The notes under the pieces: model-generated | The model's database searches: none | Told to the model about the DNA's origin: nothing | The model's input: only the letters and a program-made list of their open reading frames with translations | Made by a program: the position numbers and the translations under genes | Part shown: piece after piece, positions 24,821 to 38,260 of the stretch | How positions within the stretch are numbered: position 1 is the first letter of the stretch | Layout of the letters: each line of letters begins with the position of its first letter | From: Lama glama | Lineage: Eukaryota | Reading direction: 5' to 3' | Assembly: GCA_028534125.1 (NCBI GenBank) | Contig: CM052817.1 | Location: forward strand, 27,716,001-27,780,000 | DNA: 64,000 nt

Positions 24821-25930
24821 TCATACCTGGATGTGACAGGGCTCGAATACAGCAATATGTGAAGGGAGTTTCAGAAGCCGGGGCCAAGAAGGGGCTTCAG
24901 TTAAGAAGTATTTATTGAGCACCTGTGATGTTGTAGGAGCTTCCGAGAGTATTCATTCGAGACAAAACAGACCCAGGCGCCCTGCTTTTGTGAAGTTAAC
25001 TTACTAGCAGAGATGGGAAAATGTGTGTGTGTTGAAGTGAGGCGAGCATGGGGATATGACTTCCAAACTTGTACCATTTGTTAAGATAATGCGGATATCT
25101 AGGACGTTGGAAAATTGCTCTAAATCTAAGGTCAGCTGGATGACAGGTGACTATGTGAGTATGAAAACCTAAATTAAAATATGTAACATACTATTGAGCT
25201 ATTAATGACAAACTTTTAGCCAAACATTTTACCTTTTTAGAATTTATTCCATCCTTATTAAAAACTTAATTGGGCCCTTAGAGAATTCCGTTATTCAATG
25301 TATGCTGATGGGAGCTTTGGAAGGGAATGGTGAAGGAGGAGGCTAAACCATCTTGGTTATGACAGACCTGGCCCTGGTGTCTAGGTCCCACTCCCTTTTG
25401 CTATTTGAGACTGAACTGAGAGAAAGGTGCTTGTTTTCAGTATGAATCTGGTCTCTGGGAAACCGCTGGTGACGAGTGTTATTAGAAACCCAGAGCCCAA
25501 GGGTCCTTAGTCGGGAGATGGTGCCGAGAACTGTGGGATCAAGCATCCCTCAGACGCTTTTGTCTTAGTGAACCCTCCTTAGTTCCTCAAGTTTCACTAA
25601 ACGCCTCTTCCTCAGGAAAGACCCCGTGATCCTGCAGGCCAGGTGAGGAGGATGGGGTCTGCCCAGTGGTCCTGCACAGCTCTCGCTTTTCCTTCAAAGT
25701 CCTCACCAAATTGTAATTTTTAAAAAATATCCATCTCTCCCCACCAGCTCTCAGCTCTGAGCATGGAGCATGTGTCTCTCACAATAAATACTGCAGCCCA
25801 GCATCTAGCATAGTGCACGGCAGAGAGGAGGTGTTACATCAGGGACTCAGTGGTGGTTCTGTTAACATTTGGAAACACGGTATTTTAGAAACTGCTTATT
25901 ACTTTGAAAAGTGTGGCTCAATAAATATCC

Positions 25931-26210
25931 TTTTTTTTTTTTTTGGTGTGTGGTAAAGTTCATGTAACATAAAATTTACCATCTTAACCATCTTATGCAT
26001 ACAGTTTAGTGGTGTTAAGTACATTCACAATGTTGTGCTTCCACCATCACACATCCATCCACAGAACCCTTTTTACCTTGCAAGACTGAATCTCTGTACC
26101 TATGAAACACTAACCCCCCATGTCCTCCTCCTCCCAGCTCCTGGCAGGCACCAGTGTGCTTCCTCCCTCTCCGAATATGAGGTGCTCCGGGTACCTCGTG
26201 CAAGTGACAC
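25931..26210 (-). mobile_element. L1MA/L1MB 3' end
   Basis: T-tract then taacataaaatttaccatcttaacc...ttaagtacattcacaatgttgtgc. Confidence 0.85.
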
Positions 26211-28789
26211 TTACAGCGCTGGTCCTCTAAACACCTTTTTACTTTTATCCTTCTGAATTAGCAAGGGACACAAACTATGTGGTAGTGTTTGTTGGAGCGA
26301 GTCTTTTTCCATCTAGTTTAAAGAGAAATATGCTTATTCTTGACCTGCTTATATTGATAGAGTCAGAGAATAACAGAAGGAGGAGTCATCTTCAGGCTTC
26401 TGGCTTTTAAGCCCCAAGTCTAAGGTTTGTTGCTGGATTAAAATTCACATGGTGTGGGAATGGACCAAGTATTTCCTCCCCGACTGTCGACCTAGTGAGT
26501 GTGAAAATCCAAGGCACTGTAATTTAAACAGTGTTTTCCCCAACATTGCTTGTTTTCATATCTGACTCAGACTTCCAGCGTAGTGTGGGAGGGAACCAAC
26601 CTCAGAAATGCAAATAAGAAGTAAAACCAGAATGAATGTGGCAGAGACCCAGTTGTTTCATACTTGAATCTGGGACACAGTGAAGGGACAGGCTCTGGTC
26701 TCTTTGATTGAATGAGCCTGGGCAGGTTACATGATTCCCATCTATGCTTTGATTGCAATATACTTATCCCCCCAAAATCTTGGTGGTTTGAAGATGGCAG
26801 AGAAGGCTTGTAAAAAGTCAGATCTACATGTGCAACATCTCTTGACAGGCCAGTGGATTGACAACAGTAAAGGTGAGACTTTTGAGACCCATATTTAGAT
26901 TAGTTATCTGTGCTACTCAGATTGATCTCTCTGTGGTCTGGGGAGGAGGGCGGGAAGAGGGAATGGCTGGTGGTGGCACAGCTCCACGGGCTGGGGCTGG
27001 AAATAGGAGTCTCCTTCGTGGCTTTGAACATCATGCGATCCTAAGGGAACACACAGAGCAAAGAGCTCAATAAGATACCGAAGTCCAGTAAGCCAGTTTA
27101 GAGGTCTGAAGGGTTGCAAAATGTGAAGGGGACCAGAGCTTATTATTGGAACCCAAGACTTGAAAGGTAAGGGATTATTAAGCAACAGTTAAAGCATAAG
27201 TGGGCAGAGGTCTGGGGCAACAGCCAGGATGGGGTGTTTTCTGTGATCATGACCCATGATGAGTGTAAGCCAGGCAAGTTTAAAGGGCCAGGAAAAGCGC
27301 AGGCATATATTGCCAGAATTGCTAAACAGGTTGCATTTATTTACTTTGTAGACTCATCCAAAGTGCCATGTCACAGTCTCTTTCCCCTAAAACCTGCCTC
27401 TCCTCGTCTGAGACCTTAGCCAAAGCTTTGTGACCAGCCTCACCTCCCTGTTGTGGGATCAACCATCTGGATGCCAAACGGTGTCCTTGTGTAATAGGGG
27501 AGGGCTGTTCTACCAAGATAACTGGTCTACCCCCAACCCTTCTTTCTGGAATTAGAAATGTGCACCCCGCTTTAAGAGCCTTGCAGTTGTCCAAGAAGCT
27601 TTGGGTCTTATGCAGAACCATTTTGATGTCTTCAATACACGTTTTGCTCTTACTTGTGCACAGTTGGTAATGGGCTTCCATTTATTCTATCAACTCCCTT
27701 TGACTTTTGCAGGAAGTAGCTATAGCATTTGCTGAGAATCTTTGCAGCCCAAGTGCAAGTGAAAATACTTCTATCATGGATATTATATATATAACATTTA
27801 TATTATCCATGATAAGATGGCTTCAGAAGTCAGCAGACAAATTTATCTTAGCTTTTGCAACCTCAGGTTCTACTTCCAGACCAGTTACTGCTTTTCTTCT
27901 TGGGTCATATGATATGTGCTTCAGTCTGAATAACATTAAAAATATTTCTCTTAGCAGGATGTGGTGGGTTGTTTTCTTTTTTAATTTCAAATAACACCAC
28001 TCCTTGAACTGGGAACAAACAATTCACTTGCAGCTCGGCTCTGCATTTATTTGTAATTTTCACATAAATCAACTTATATGAAAATGTATTCATAATTTGA
28101 GCTTTCTCTATAGCGATAAAATGTTTCTGCTTCTGTGGTAGAAAATAGCTTATTATGCAAACAACATTGCCACTCTTACATTATGCATGGGATTTACCTG
28201 GAGAACATCACAAAAGCTACAAAAAAAAAAAAAAAAAAAAAAAAGAAAGGCCGGGGGAGGATAAAAGGGTGCTTCATTTACTGCACCATTTACCTGTAAT
28301 AATTAGCTACAAATGAGCTAATATCTGTATTTAGCAACTTATTTAGTATTGCTTTGGTTAATTCAGTGAAACAATGGAAGGAAAAGAAAAAAATACAAGG
28401 GAGGTCTTCTGACAAATGGTGCCTTTCGGGATGTCAGCCCAGTGAAAAATGGGATCTGGTGGTTTCAAACTTAGGCCAGTGGTGGTGAGTAATTAATAGC
28501 CAACTCATTTGGACTTGTGTGCTTGATCTAATTTGGGATATTGAGAGTTCACACTGATTTGCCTTTAAAAAGAATGTCACTGTCAAATAAAGTGATTGTA
28601 TAAGATTGATCTGGAGAGCTCTGACTTGGATGTATAGCACATTTTATATTTAGAAAGGCAGCAGCAAACGGTATTATTTCTAACTGTGTGTGCAGCAGGA
28701 CCAGCATTTCTGGAGAGAAAGCTGGTGTCCTTTATAGGATTCATGCAGGGATCACTTTGGGTATAAATGGTGTATGGTATTTATTTTTT

Positions 28790-29000
28790 CAATCACATAA
28801 CAAGTATGTTTTGAATGTCTTTTCACTGTGTTCAGCCCTGTGGATAAAACAATAATGCAGTATGGCCTCTGCTCTTATGTTACCTCCATTGTAATTGGGG
28901 AGGTAGGCAATGAACAAGTAGCACAAATAAATAAAATCATTGCAGTAAAAGTGATAAATGCTATGAAGGAAACACACAGAGAGTATGATTTAAGAAGTAT
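28790..29000 (-). mobile_element. L2 3' fragment
   Basis: ttcaatcacataacaagtatgttttgaatgtc...gtgataaatgctatgaaggaaa. Confidence 0.65.
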
Positions 29001-29559
29001 GGGCTGTTCCATCACCTTTAAGATATATAGTATAATCTTTGACAAATGATTTAACCTCTTTAAACTTACTTTTTGTAAATAGAAGAAGATACATAGGCGA
29101 ATTATCATTACTCTACATAGTTATATACAGCCCTACATAGTTATCCTTATGAATTCGCCAAACTGAATCACTGTTCGTGGTCCATTTGCTCCATCTGGGG
29201 GATCCCACGTCAAAGAACCAAACACCAAGGAGGCCACTTTGTGGCTACGGCTTCCCAGCATGCATAGCTCTTCTTTGTAAGGCTCGTGACTGCTCTATTG
29301 GGGGTTCTCCAAAAGGTGACTTTCTTTTGTTGATACTGCTAGAGGATTTCTGCTCACCTTTGTTTAGGTCAGGATTTCAGGGATGATGAGACAGGTAGTA
29401 CATGATAGACCAAGGTCCAGGCCTAGAATCAGAAGCCTAGTGTTCCATTCCCAGATTTGTACCATAATAGTTGCTTGACTTTAGTCAACTTATGTACTTT
29501 TCTGAACATCTACTCCTTGTCATGTTTAAAAATTGATAACAATAATACCCTCTCTAATA

Positions 29560-31570
29560 ATATCTAACAATACCTTTTTATGTTTATAAAGTAAAATCGA
29601 AATTCCTGTGTTATTTAAATAATTTCAGACCATGGGAGAAAAATGGACAGTTCCTTAGTTTATTTTATAAAGTTAATGTAATCTGATAATTATATATTGA
29701 TTTCACTTATAAATATGGATGCAAAAAGTCTAACTAAAACATTGGCTTACCAAATCTAGCCCTGTATAAAATGAATCACATACCATGAATAAGTAGGGTT
29801 GGTTTCTGTAGTGTAAATGTGTTTTGATATCAGACAACCAATATGAAAATTCTTTATTTTTACAAATTTTTATTGAAGTATAGTTGATTTACAATGTTGT
29901 ATTAGTTTCAGGTGTCCAACAAAGCAATTCAGTTTTTTATGGATACTCTTCCATTATAGGGTGCATGGAATCAACCTACTTTAAATCAACAAACTAAAAG
30001 AGGAAAAGAATCATGGGATTAAATGATTAGATACTATAATATAATTTCATAAAATTAAATAACCATTCTTGGCAAAACCATAAGCAAAATAGGAATATTA
30101 GGGATATTTAAACATGAAAAGACTATAAAAATCCTTTTAGCAAATACAATAAGCAGTTCATTGATGAAGTTATTTTGTTTAAAATCAGGAACAAAACAGA
30201 GCTCTCTATGCCCACAATTGTTTACATTGATTTGGAGAGACTAGCTAATGTAATAAGATGAGAAGAGTAAATAATAGATAGAAATATTAGGAGAGGTAAA
30301 GTTGTTGTATTTGGGGACGATGTGACTGATTTCTTAGCAAACCCACAAGACTGAAAAAAAATACTAGATTTGATAATAGCTTTTGATAAGGTGTTTGGAT
30401 ATTTGATAAATATACAAAGTCTGTAATTTTTTTTTTACTAGCATCAGTCAGCTACAAATAGACTTTGAAAAAGATCTCATTTATAAGAGCAACAAAAATT
30501 TTTAATACATAGGGATAATTTTGTAAGATTCAGACTCCCATTAAAAAAACCTAAAATAGCTTATTGGAGAAATGTACAATTTTCTATATGAAACTTAAAA
30601 CTGTACAATTTTCAGTTCTTTCAAAGTCAATAAACACATATTTGCAATTTTCTTCAGAATCTTAATGGGATTTTTTTGAATAAAATAATTTAAAGTTTAA
30701 CTAGAAGAATAGTTATCTTACAATACAAAATCCAAAAGAGGAATAATAAGATATACTTACCTAACTAGATATTAAAACTAACTTTAGAGCAACAGTAATC
30801 AAAATGGTTTGTTATTGGCATCAAATCAGATAAACAGATTAGTGAAACAGAGTAGAAACTTCACAAAAAGATCTAGGTGTTTATGAGAATTTACCATATT
30901 GTCAAAAGTGGCATTGAAACCTCTGAAAAGGGGGGTTTATTTAATAAATGATGTTGGCAAAACTGACTACACATGTGGCAGAAAGCAAATTTATAATCCC
31001 TATTTCCTCATACAAAGAATAAAGGCTAGATGGATTAAAGAAAGTAGTATGTCGATATCTATTAAAATGAGTAATGTACCTCAGATCTGACCTTGCAAAG
31101 TGAGTGGGAGTCTGGCCAATAGAATTAAAGCACCAGCATGTATGGACACATGTGCTAATATTTATGACATCATTACTTTTATTGGCAAACAAACAAAAAA
31201 CTGGAAACAATCTCACTTCCCATCAACAGAACTATTGAATAAGAAGATCCATACATTGGACTTTTATGCAGTCATTTAAAAGAATGAATTCCACCTCGAT
31301 TTGTTGACTTGGAGGGATGTCTATAAGGTAATTAAAGGAAGAAAAGCAAGCTGAAAAATTGTGTGAAGAGTATGATCCAATTTTTGTATGTATGTATTAT
31401 ATATATAGAAAAAGGTTGGAAGTGTACAGCTGGCTGTTAATATTGGTTTTCTCTGGGAACAGAATGAGAATGGAGGGAAATGAAGAGGGAGATGCATGAT
31501 TTTTTATTTGTACATTGTTAGGTTGTATCACTTATTACAATGAGCATGTTCATTTCAAAATAAAAAAAAA
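29560..31570 (+). mobile_element. Decayed old L1 ORF2 and 3'UTR, containing a short younger antisense L1 tail at ~29855-29960
   Basis: L1 ORF2 hallmarks (taaaatcaggaacaaaaca, agcaacagtaatcaaaatggtttgttattggca, ttaataaatgatgttgg) with many stops; nested ttgaagtatagttgatttacaatg. Confidence 0.85.
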
Positions 31571-32491
31571 TCATTAAAAATGTTAAAATGACCAAACGAG
31601 ATAGTGGACTGTCTAGCTGACATTGTTTCTTGACTCTGCCTAGTTTTTAATTTTAATTTTTTGCCTAAGAACAGAAAATCAGCTTATGGAGAATGGGCCA
31701 GTTCTCCTCTGATTGCATAATATTTTCCCAAATACACACTAGGAAGTAAGACTTCCCAAAAAGTCTAAAATCTCAGGTCCTCAAATCCCAATTACTTCCC
31801 TTCAGACTCAAATTACCAACGTTAAAAAAAAAAACAACAAAACCCAGTACATTGGACATTAAGAACAATTTGTAAAAGATTTAAGAGCCCTTTGGCTGGA
31901 AAATGAGGTGGGGTCAGTCCCCAAAGGGTTGAGGCCCAGGGCCTGTGAAGTTCTGAAAGGTCCAGAGTCTCCCAGCTGCTAACACCGGGCTCCACTCACA
32001 TCTGACATAGAAGATGGTGTTCTTTTCACGGCCTCACGCTGCCTGTCACTCTGGGCAAATGGCACCAAACCTATTCCAAATGGACTTATTTTCCCCACCA
32101 ATTTAGAAGACCTTTGGGCATTTTACAGGCTCTTGTGCGTTGTACCGTAGCTATCGCACAGCCCTGAAGATGGTCTGTGGTTTTGAACGCATTTGTTTTG
32201 GAGACACCGAGTAAACAGAAAGTTTCATAGACTGGCCCTGACCATTTCCTACCAGACCTGGCACGACACCTACCGTCAAACTGATACCAACTTCTGCCTG
32301 TCTCGTTTTTCATTTTACTGCCATCCCAGCACAAGTCAGAGATGGTTTGCAGTCCATTTAGTACTGGGAGCCTCTTGGTCCACAGCCACAGCTCCTGGGT
32401 GTCTGACGTGGGCTAGGTTATTTTGGAGCAACAAGCTAGGGGAATGGGAGAACCACATGCTTGGGAATTAGAGAGCATGGTAGCCCAGGCC

Positions 32492-32527
32492 TGTGTGTGT
32501 GTGTGTGTGTGTGTGTCTGTGTGTGTT
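32492..32527. repeat. (TG)n microsatellite
   Basis: Seen directly. Confidence 0.95.
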
Positions 32528-33023
32528 TGCAAGGCTTAGAATTGTCTCATTCATGATCATAAGACATCCTAATGTTTGCCACCTGTGAACAGATGCCAAC
32601 AACTGACTGACTGGCTGAGCTGGCTGAGTGTCCCAGAGGCTGGGTTGCTTCTTGGTATATCTTCAAGCGTAATTACTAGTGAGAGAAGAAATAAAATTGG
32701 AGCAAGAGAGCAGCTTGGCTTCATTCCTTATGTAATGGGAAAGGGTTGTGACTTGAACTCATCTGCCTGTATCCTGATGTTAAGAGTAGCTCAGATGTAA
32801 ATTTCAAATTAAACAAGAAAGTCTGGGAGAAATCATTATGAGCTCAGTGCTCAATGAACAAAATAGGGAAGATTACAGCCAAGGGAGTTAATTTTACCCT
32901 GGGGATGAGTTTCTGTTTTCCCCCTTTAAGCATGCTTGGAATTCAGTCCCAAGGATCAAATATTGGCATTTACAAGATGACTTCTTGTAGTATACAGCAG
33001 TGGGGATGAATAACCGTAAGAAC

Positions 33024-33075
33024 AGTCATCCCTTCTGTCTCCAGGGGGGACTGGTTCCAGATCTCCAACCCTCTC
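33024..33075 (+). mobile_element. MER2-like Tigger 5' end fragment
   Basis: cagtcatcccttc...ggggactggttccag. Confidence 0.5.
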
Positions 33076-33079
33076 CCGA

Positions 33080-33440
33080 CAACATGCAACATTATGAAGA
33101 AATCGCACAGACATAATGTTAGCCCCAAGAAGCCAGACACGAAAGAACACACTCTGTGATTCCATTTACATAAAATTTGAAACCGGGCAGAACTCATCAG
33201 TGCTGTCAGAAGTCAGGAAAGTCTTTGTCCCTGGGGACGGGAATGACAGGAAGGGCCACGAGGGGGTGCTGGTCACACCCAATTTCTTTCTTTCTTTCTT
33301 TTTTTTTTTTTTGACACCCAATTTCTTGATCTAGGTGCTGAGCACATGTGTCTGTTCCATTCCTGAAAATTTCATCAGCCTATATATTTATGATAAGTAT
33401 AACTTTCTTATGTGTATGTCAATAAAAAGTTTAAAGGAAA
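33080..33440 (+). mobile_element. Old L1 3'UTR
   Basis: aagaagccagacacgaaagaacacactctgtgattccatttacataaaatt...tcaataaaaagtttaa. Confidence 0.8.
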
Positions 33441-33584
33441 ATCAATTTCTTTTGCATTTCTTACCTGCCCTTCCTTTAGCTGCCATGCTTAGTGTCCTTG
33501 GTAGAAGGCGGCCGTTCTTCCTTCCCCACGCCACTCGCATCTCACGGGTAAATCTTTAATAAGGGCAACGATTGACTAGAATTA

Positions 33585-33923
33585 CAGTTGGTCCCCTGTA
33601 TCCTCAGCATCCGCGCATTCAACAATCTCGAGTTAAAGATACTTGGGAAAAAAAAATTCCAAAAAGTTCCAAAAAGCAAAACTTGAATTTGCCACACACC
33701 AGCAACTGATTACATAACATTTACATCGCGTGCACAGCTATTTACATACACTTACCTTGTGTTAGGTATGATGAGGAATCTAGAGATGATTTAAAGTACA
33801 TGGGAGGATGTGCGAGGTTATATGCAAATACGACACCATTTTACATGAGGGACTTGAGCATCCTTGGATTTTGGTGTCCGCAGGGGTCATAGAACCAATC
33901 CCCTCTGGATACCGAGGGACAGC
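33585..33923 (+). mobile_element. Tigger3-like TcMar MITE
   Basis: ta|cagttggtcccctgtatcc start; gcaaaacttgaatttgcc; gggacttgagcatcc...ggataccgagggacagct end. Confidence 0.9.
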
Positions 33924-34939
33924 TTAGAAACTGTTTTGAGACGTTGATGAGTTAGAGTGAGTTCATTTATTACAGTCTTTTCCACCTGATATTTTACTGA
34001 GGGGGCAGCCTAGTAGAGAGGACAGGTGCAGACAGCTTGAAATAAACTTAGGCATGAGGGAAATAAGGCCCATTAGCCTCACACAGTGAAGGGTGCTGTA
34101 ATTGTAGGTAGAGAGGCCACTTTCACCCTGGTCACAAATTTGCCCAGCGCCTGGTCATCTAACTAAGGTTTTAAATCTTTGTTCTGGGTAGTTTGTTCAT
34201 TTACTCTCTCTAGAGGCAGGACATTGATTGGGAACTGTCTGGAGATCTTTTCTGTTTTTTATTTCCAACAATTACATCTATTGGGGTAATAATCATGAAT
34301 GGTAAAGCTGTAGAATCTGCCAAGCATGGTTAGGAGGTGAGGACCACCCTCTCATAAAAGGAAGACCTCCAGCATCCTAGGGCTGTGAGTGAGACCACTT
34401 CTGCAGTGACCGGTCCCAAGCAGGGATCCCACTCACATAGGAGTGAATGAAGGCAGTGATGAAATCTGTTGGCCGTTAGGTCAGGACATCTTGCCTTCAG
34501 CTCAGTAGTGTCTCTTCAATCCCTTACCTAGCCCATTCCCCCTAAGTCCACCCGAGCTACTCAAGGCCGTACTTACCTTTGCTTTGTTTGCAAATCTTCT
34601 TTAACCCCTATTTCTGTTGGGGTCTCCTGGTACCCACCTTCTGCATGAATCCATCTCTCATTACTGAATTATGTCCCCAGGCATCATTTTGAGGGGATCC
34701 TCTCTGAGGGATGGCCATCCACCCACTGGCACTTCTTGCCTCACATCATGTTGATCTCCTTTGTCCAAGAGGACCGCACCCCAGCTTACCTTGGAATGGT
34801 TCTTCACTGGGGCTTGTCTTGTGCCTTCCTCATGTATCAGTGGCCCTTAGCTGGCACTAAACAGACAAAGGGGAGAACGGGGAGGAGGAGGGAAGAAGAA
34901 GGAGAAACTCTGATAAGAGGTGCTAGTTTGTCTTTAGGG

Positions 34940-35232
34940 TGCATTAGCCCAAATGTTACTTTCTCACCGAAGCTTTCTCTAACCCCACTTTCTAAAGTGA
35001 CTCCATCATTGTGTGTCGCATTTTCTACTGCCTTACTCTTTTGTTTCCTTCATTACTACTGAAATTATCTTGTTCGTTTGTTTGCTGTCCAGTTCTCTAC
35101 TTCCCCATGACTGAAGGCTCTGTAAAGAGACCCTTACCTTTCTTGTTCACTGTAATATCCTAATGTGAACTGGGCTTGGCACCATAGTAGGACTTAACTA
35201 ATATTTTTTGAATGAATTAACTAAAGAATGAG
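34940..35232 (+). mobile_element. L2 3' end
   Basis: tcttgttcactgtaatatcc...ttttttgaatgaatt. Confidence 0.75.
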
Positions 35233-36167
35233 TCGCTAAAAACACTCTAAAATTTGAAAAAAATTTGAGTTACTCCCACTCTGAGAATATATGAAAATTA
35301 AGATAGCCTCAGTCACTGAGATAAAGTCCTAGTCATTTTGTCTTGCAAAATCCAAATGGCCAAACTCTAGAACACCTACGTAGGTTAGTTACACTATGAT
35401 GCTGACACAGAATTTCTTGGGATAAGTGTAGATCATTTGCCTGTGGTGGAGATGTTGCTTCTGACTCTGAAGAGGAATATGGCTTCCAGTTAACGAGTTG
35501 GGAAGGCATACAAGGTGAATTCTGAGTTAAACTTTAGGATTTGACTCCCTAGGGAGACCTGGAAATGGCCAAGATCTTACATTAATATGTAACCAAAATT
35601 TAAACTCATATTTCAGCAACAAGGAATGGTAAATAATGCATTGCTTCATGAAGAAATTTGCTTAGTTTATTTACTTACATTATTTATAGGTTATGTTGGG
35701 AATAGACTTGGCCTGCTTTGCTTTGTTCACAGTAACATTCCATAAATATAACAGCAAGCAATAAAATAGCGTTGATTCAGAAGTGAGCTCATAGCTTCGT
35801 ATAACATCAGACATAAAAGCTGTATTACAATGATAAATACTAAATCTTTAAAATATCTTTAAAATATCATTGGTTTTTTTACTGCCATTACTTATGCAGT
35901 GTGTATTTCAGATTTTCATATTCAGTATTGTACTTTTTACGTGTGAGTTATATCCTGAGCTTTTGGTGCAGTCTGTACAAGATAGGCATTTTGAAGTTTT
36001 GGATGGGTGGCCTAAGAACTTGATTCATTCTGGGCCATCGTAAATTGTCTAGGCAAACCTCAGGAAGGGAACAAATGTCAGTAAAACATACTGCCTTTTA
36101 TTCTTCTTCTTCTTTGAGTGTAAAGTTCAAACAGTTCAGACAAAAAAGTGAGAGTTTAACAGAAGTC

Positions 36168-36490
36168 TTTTTTTTTAATATTTCATTTTTTATTGAAGTG
36201 TAGTTGATTTACAATGTTAGTTTCAGGTGTACAACGAAGTGATTCAGTTATACATATACATACATATGTGTATATTTTTTCAGATTCTTTTCCATTATAT
36301 GTCATTACAAGAAATTGAATATAGTTCTCTGTGCGGGACAGTAGGTCCTTGTTGTTTATCTGTTTTAGATGTGGTAACTCATATCTGTTAATCCCAAACT
36401 CCTAATCTATCCCTCTCCACTCTTTCCCTTTTGGTAACGATAGTTTGTTTTCTATATCCATGAGTCTCTTTTTGGTTTGTAAATGAGAGT
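36168..36490 (-). mobile_element. Short young L1 3' end
   Basis: T-tract then attgaagtgtagttgatttacaatg; same family as 9451-10248. Confidence 0.9.
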
Positions 36491-36639
36491 AGTCTTTCAT
36501 TCTTCCTATGGTAGGAAATGCCCTTTTTTTTATTTTTTTGGTGTGTCTTTGAGTTTTCTCAGTATTTTGGAGTCTCTGCATGGCCTCACGTGGGTCTGCT
36601 GGAGTCCAGGGTGGTGCTTTGTGGAGAACAGGAGGTGGG

Positions 36640-36870
36640 TACAGAGTAGTGCTAAGACTGGACCTTCAAGTCAGGCAGATCTGGGCTTGTGTTCTGGCTC
36701 TGCTGTTAACAAGTTGTGTGTCCTTGGGCAAGTGACGTAACGATTTGGGCCTCGATTTTCTTGTCTGTGAGATAGAGACAATACCATATACCTAATAAGG
36801 AGACTCTCCAGCAAGATAATGTTTACAGAGCACAGTCCTGACACATAGCAAGGGTCTGTAAATGTGTCGC
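36640..36870 (+). mobile_element. MIR SINE
   Basis: tgtgtgtccttgggcaagtgac...gggcctcgattttcttgtctgt. Confidence 0.8.
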
Positions 36871-37639
36871 CTTGCGAGTGTGCTGATGTAGAGGAGATGG
36901 AGGCACTGTGGCTGTGCATCCAAACTAGAATCTGCAAATTACCTGGTATTTAGGACAGACATGAATGATATGAAATGGTCGTAACTATACACTGAAACCT
37001 CACCTTAACACTATTTGGCAAAGGGCATGTGTGTCTTGGACCCTTTTCGAGGAAGTTAAAAAAGCCTGGTATAACAAAAAGTCCCGTCATACAGTGGATT
37101 TATGCGTGCCTGTTCCCACAGCAAAGGCCTGAGGGCAACGTGAATATATTTTGAAAACACTCTGTGGTACAACTGAGTCTGAGTGTTGCATAATTCTTTT
37201 GATTTTTTAAAAATGCCCTTATGCAGGTACAAATTGTGTTTTTAATATAGTGATAGATTGGAACGGGGCAGAGCAAGCCCAGGGAGGGACGGAAGGCGAG
37301 GAGGGCTGACGAGTGGCCCCATAAATGAGACCAGTCAGAGCAAGCCTCAGTGTTTAAGCACCACCGCTTTGTATCCTGCAGTCCGAGGTGAGGGGTGCGG
37401 GGGGTGGGGGTGGGGAATCTGTTTTCCACGCACAGATCGGAGAGCAGTAGCTCAGGCGGTTAGATCCCCATGTGAGGTGACCTGAATTACAGCCTCGGTA
37501 CACTGAGACACGGGGGATTTGTCACAAAATTATCTCCTATCTCTTATGGCATCCTCAAGTCTTATTTAATCCTCTCTCCAAGTGTGAAGAATACATAAGA
37601 ATTATGGTATCTCATTGGGAGTATCTTTTTAAAGTTTTG

Positions 37640-38260
37640 GTTCACCTTTTAATTTGAAAAGCTTCACCTACTGAAAAGTTCAAGAGTGACGCCGTGAGCT
37701 GCCACTTACCTTCACCTGGATCAGTCTGTTGTGACTGTTTTCCCGCGTTTGCTCTGTCTGTGCATAGCTGTGTGATATATGATACGTAATATATTTTATT
37801 TGAGAGTAAAGTGCAGAGATCACAAATGGTGGCAGTGAATATTTCCTAAGAACATTAAGTGCATCAAATCATGAACTTGTCAAATCTAGGGAATTTCACA
37901 TTGATCCAAGGCTATTTATTATCTGTTATTACAGTCCAGATTCAAATTTTGCCAATTGTCCTGAAAGTCTCTTTTCTAGCAATTGTGTTTTCCACTCCCG
38001 GGTCACACATTACATTTAGGTGTCATGTTTTTTAGCCTCTTTTAACCTGCAGCATTCCTTGGACTTTCTTTGTATTTCCTGACATTGACATTTTGGAAGA
38101 GTACTGGCCCCTCATTGTGTAAAATGTGCCCCAATTTGAGTTTGTGTGAGTGTTTCTTTATGATCTGTTCCATTTTTTCAGGGATTCCACTGAAAAGGTG
38201 CTGTGTTCTTGCCAGTGCCTCATCACAGGGGATATGCAATGTCAGTTTGAGAATTTTCAT
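37640..38260 (-). mobile_element. L1MC4-like 3'UTR
   Basis: ttcaaattttgccaattgtcc...cacattacatttaggtgtcatg...gacattgacattttggaagagtactggcc. Confidence 0.8.

Noticed and set aside
30899..31090. 63-aa ORF with L1-like residues
   Set aside because: Fragment of a decayed L1 ORF2, not a gene.
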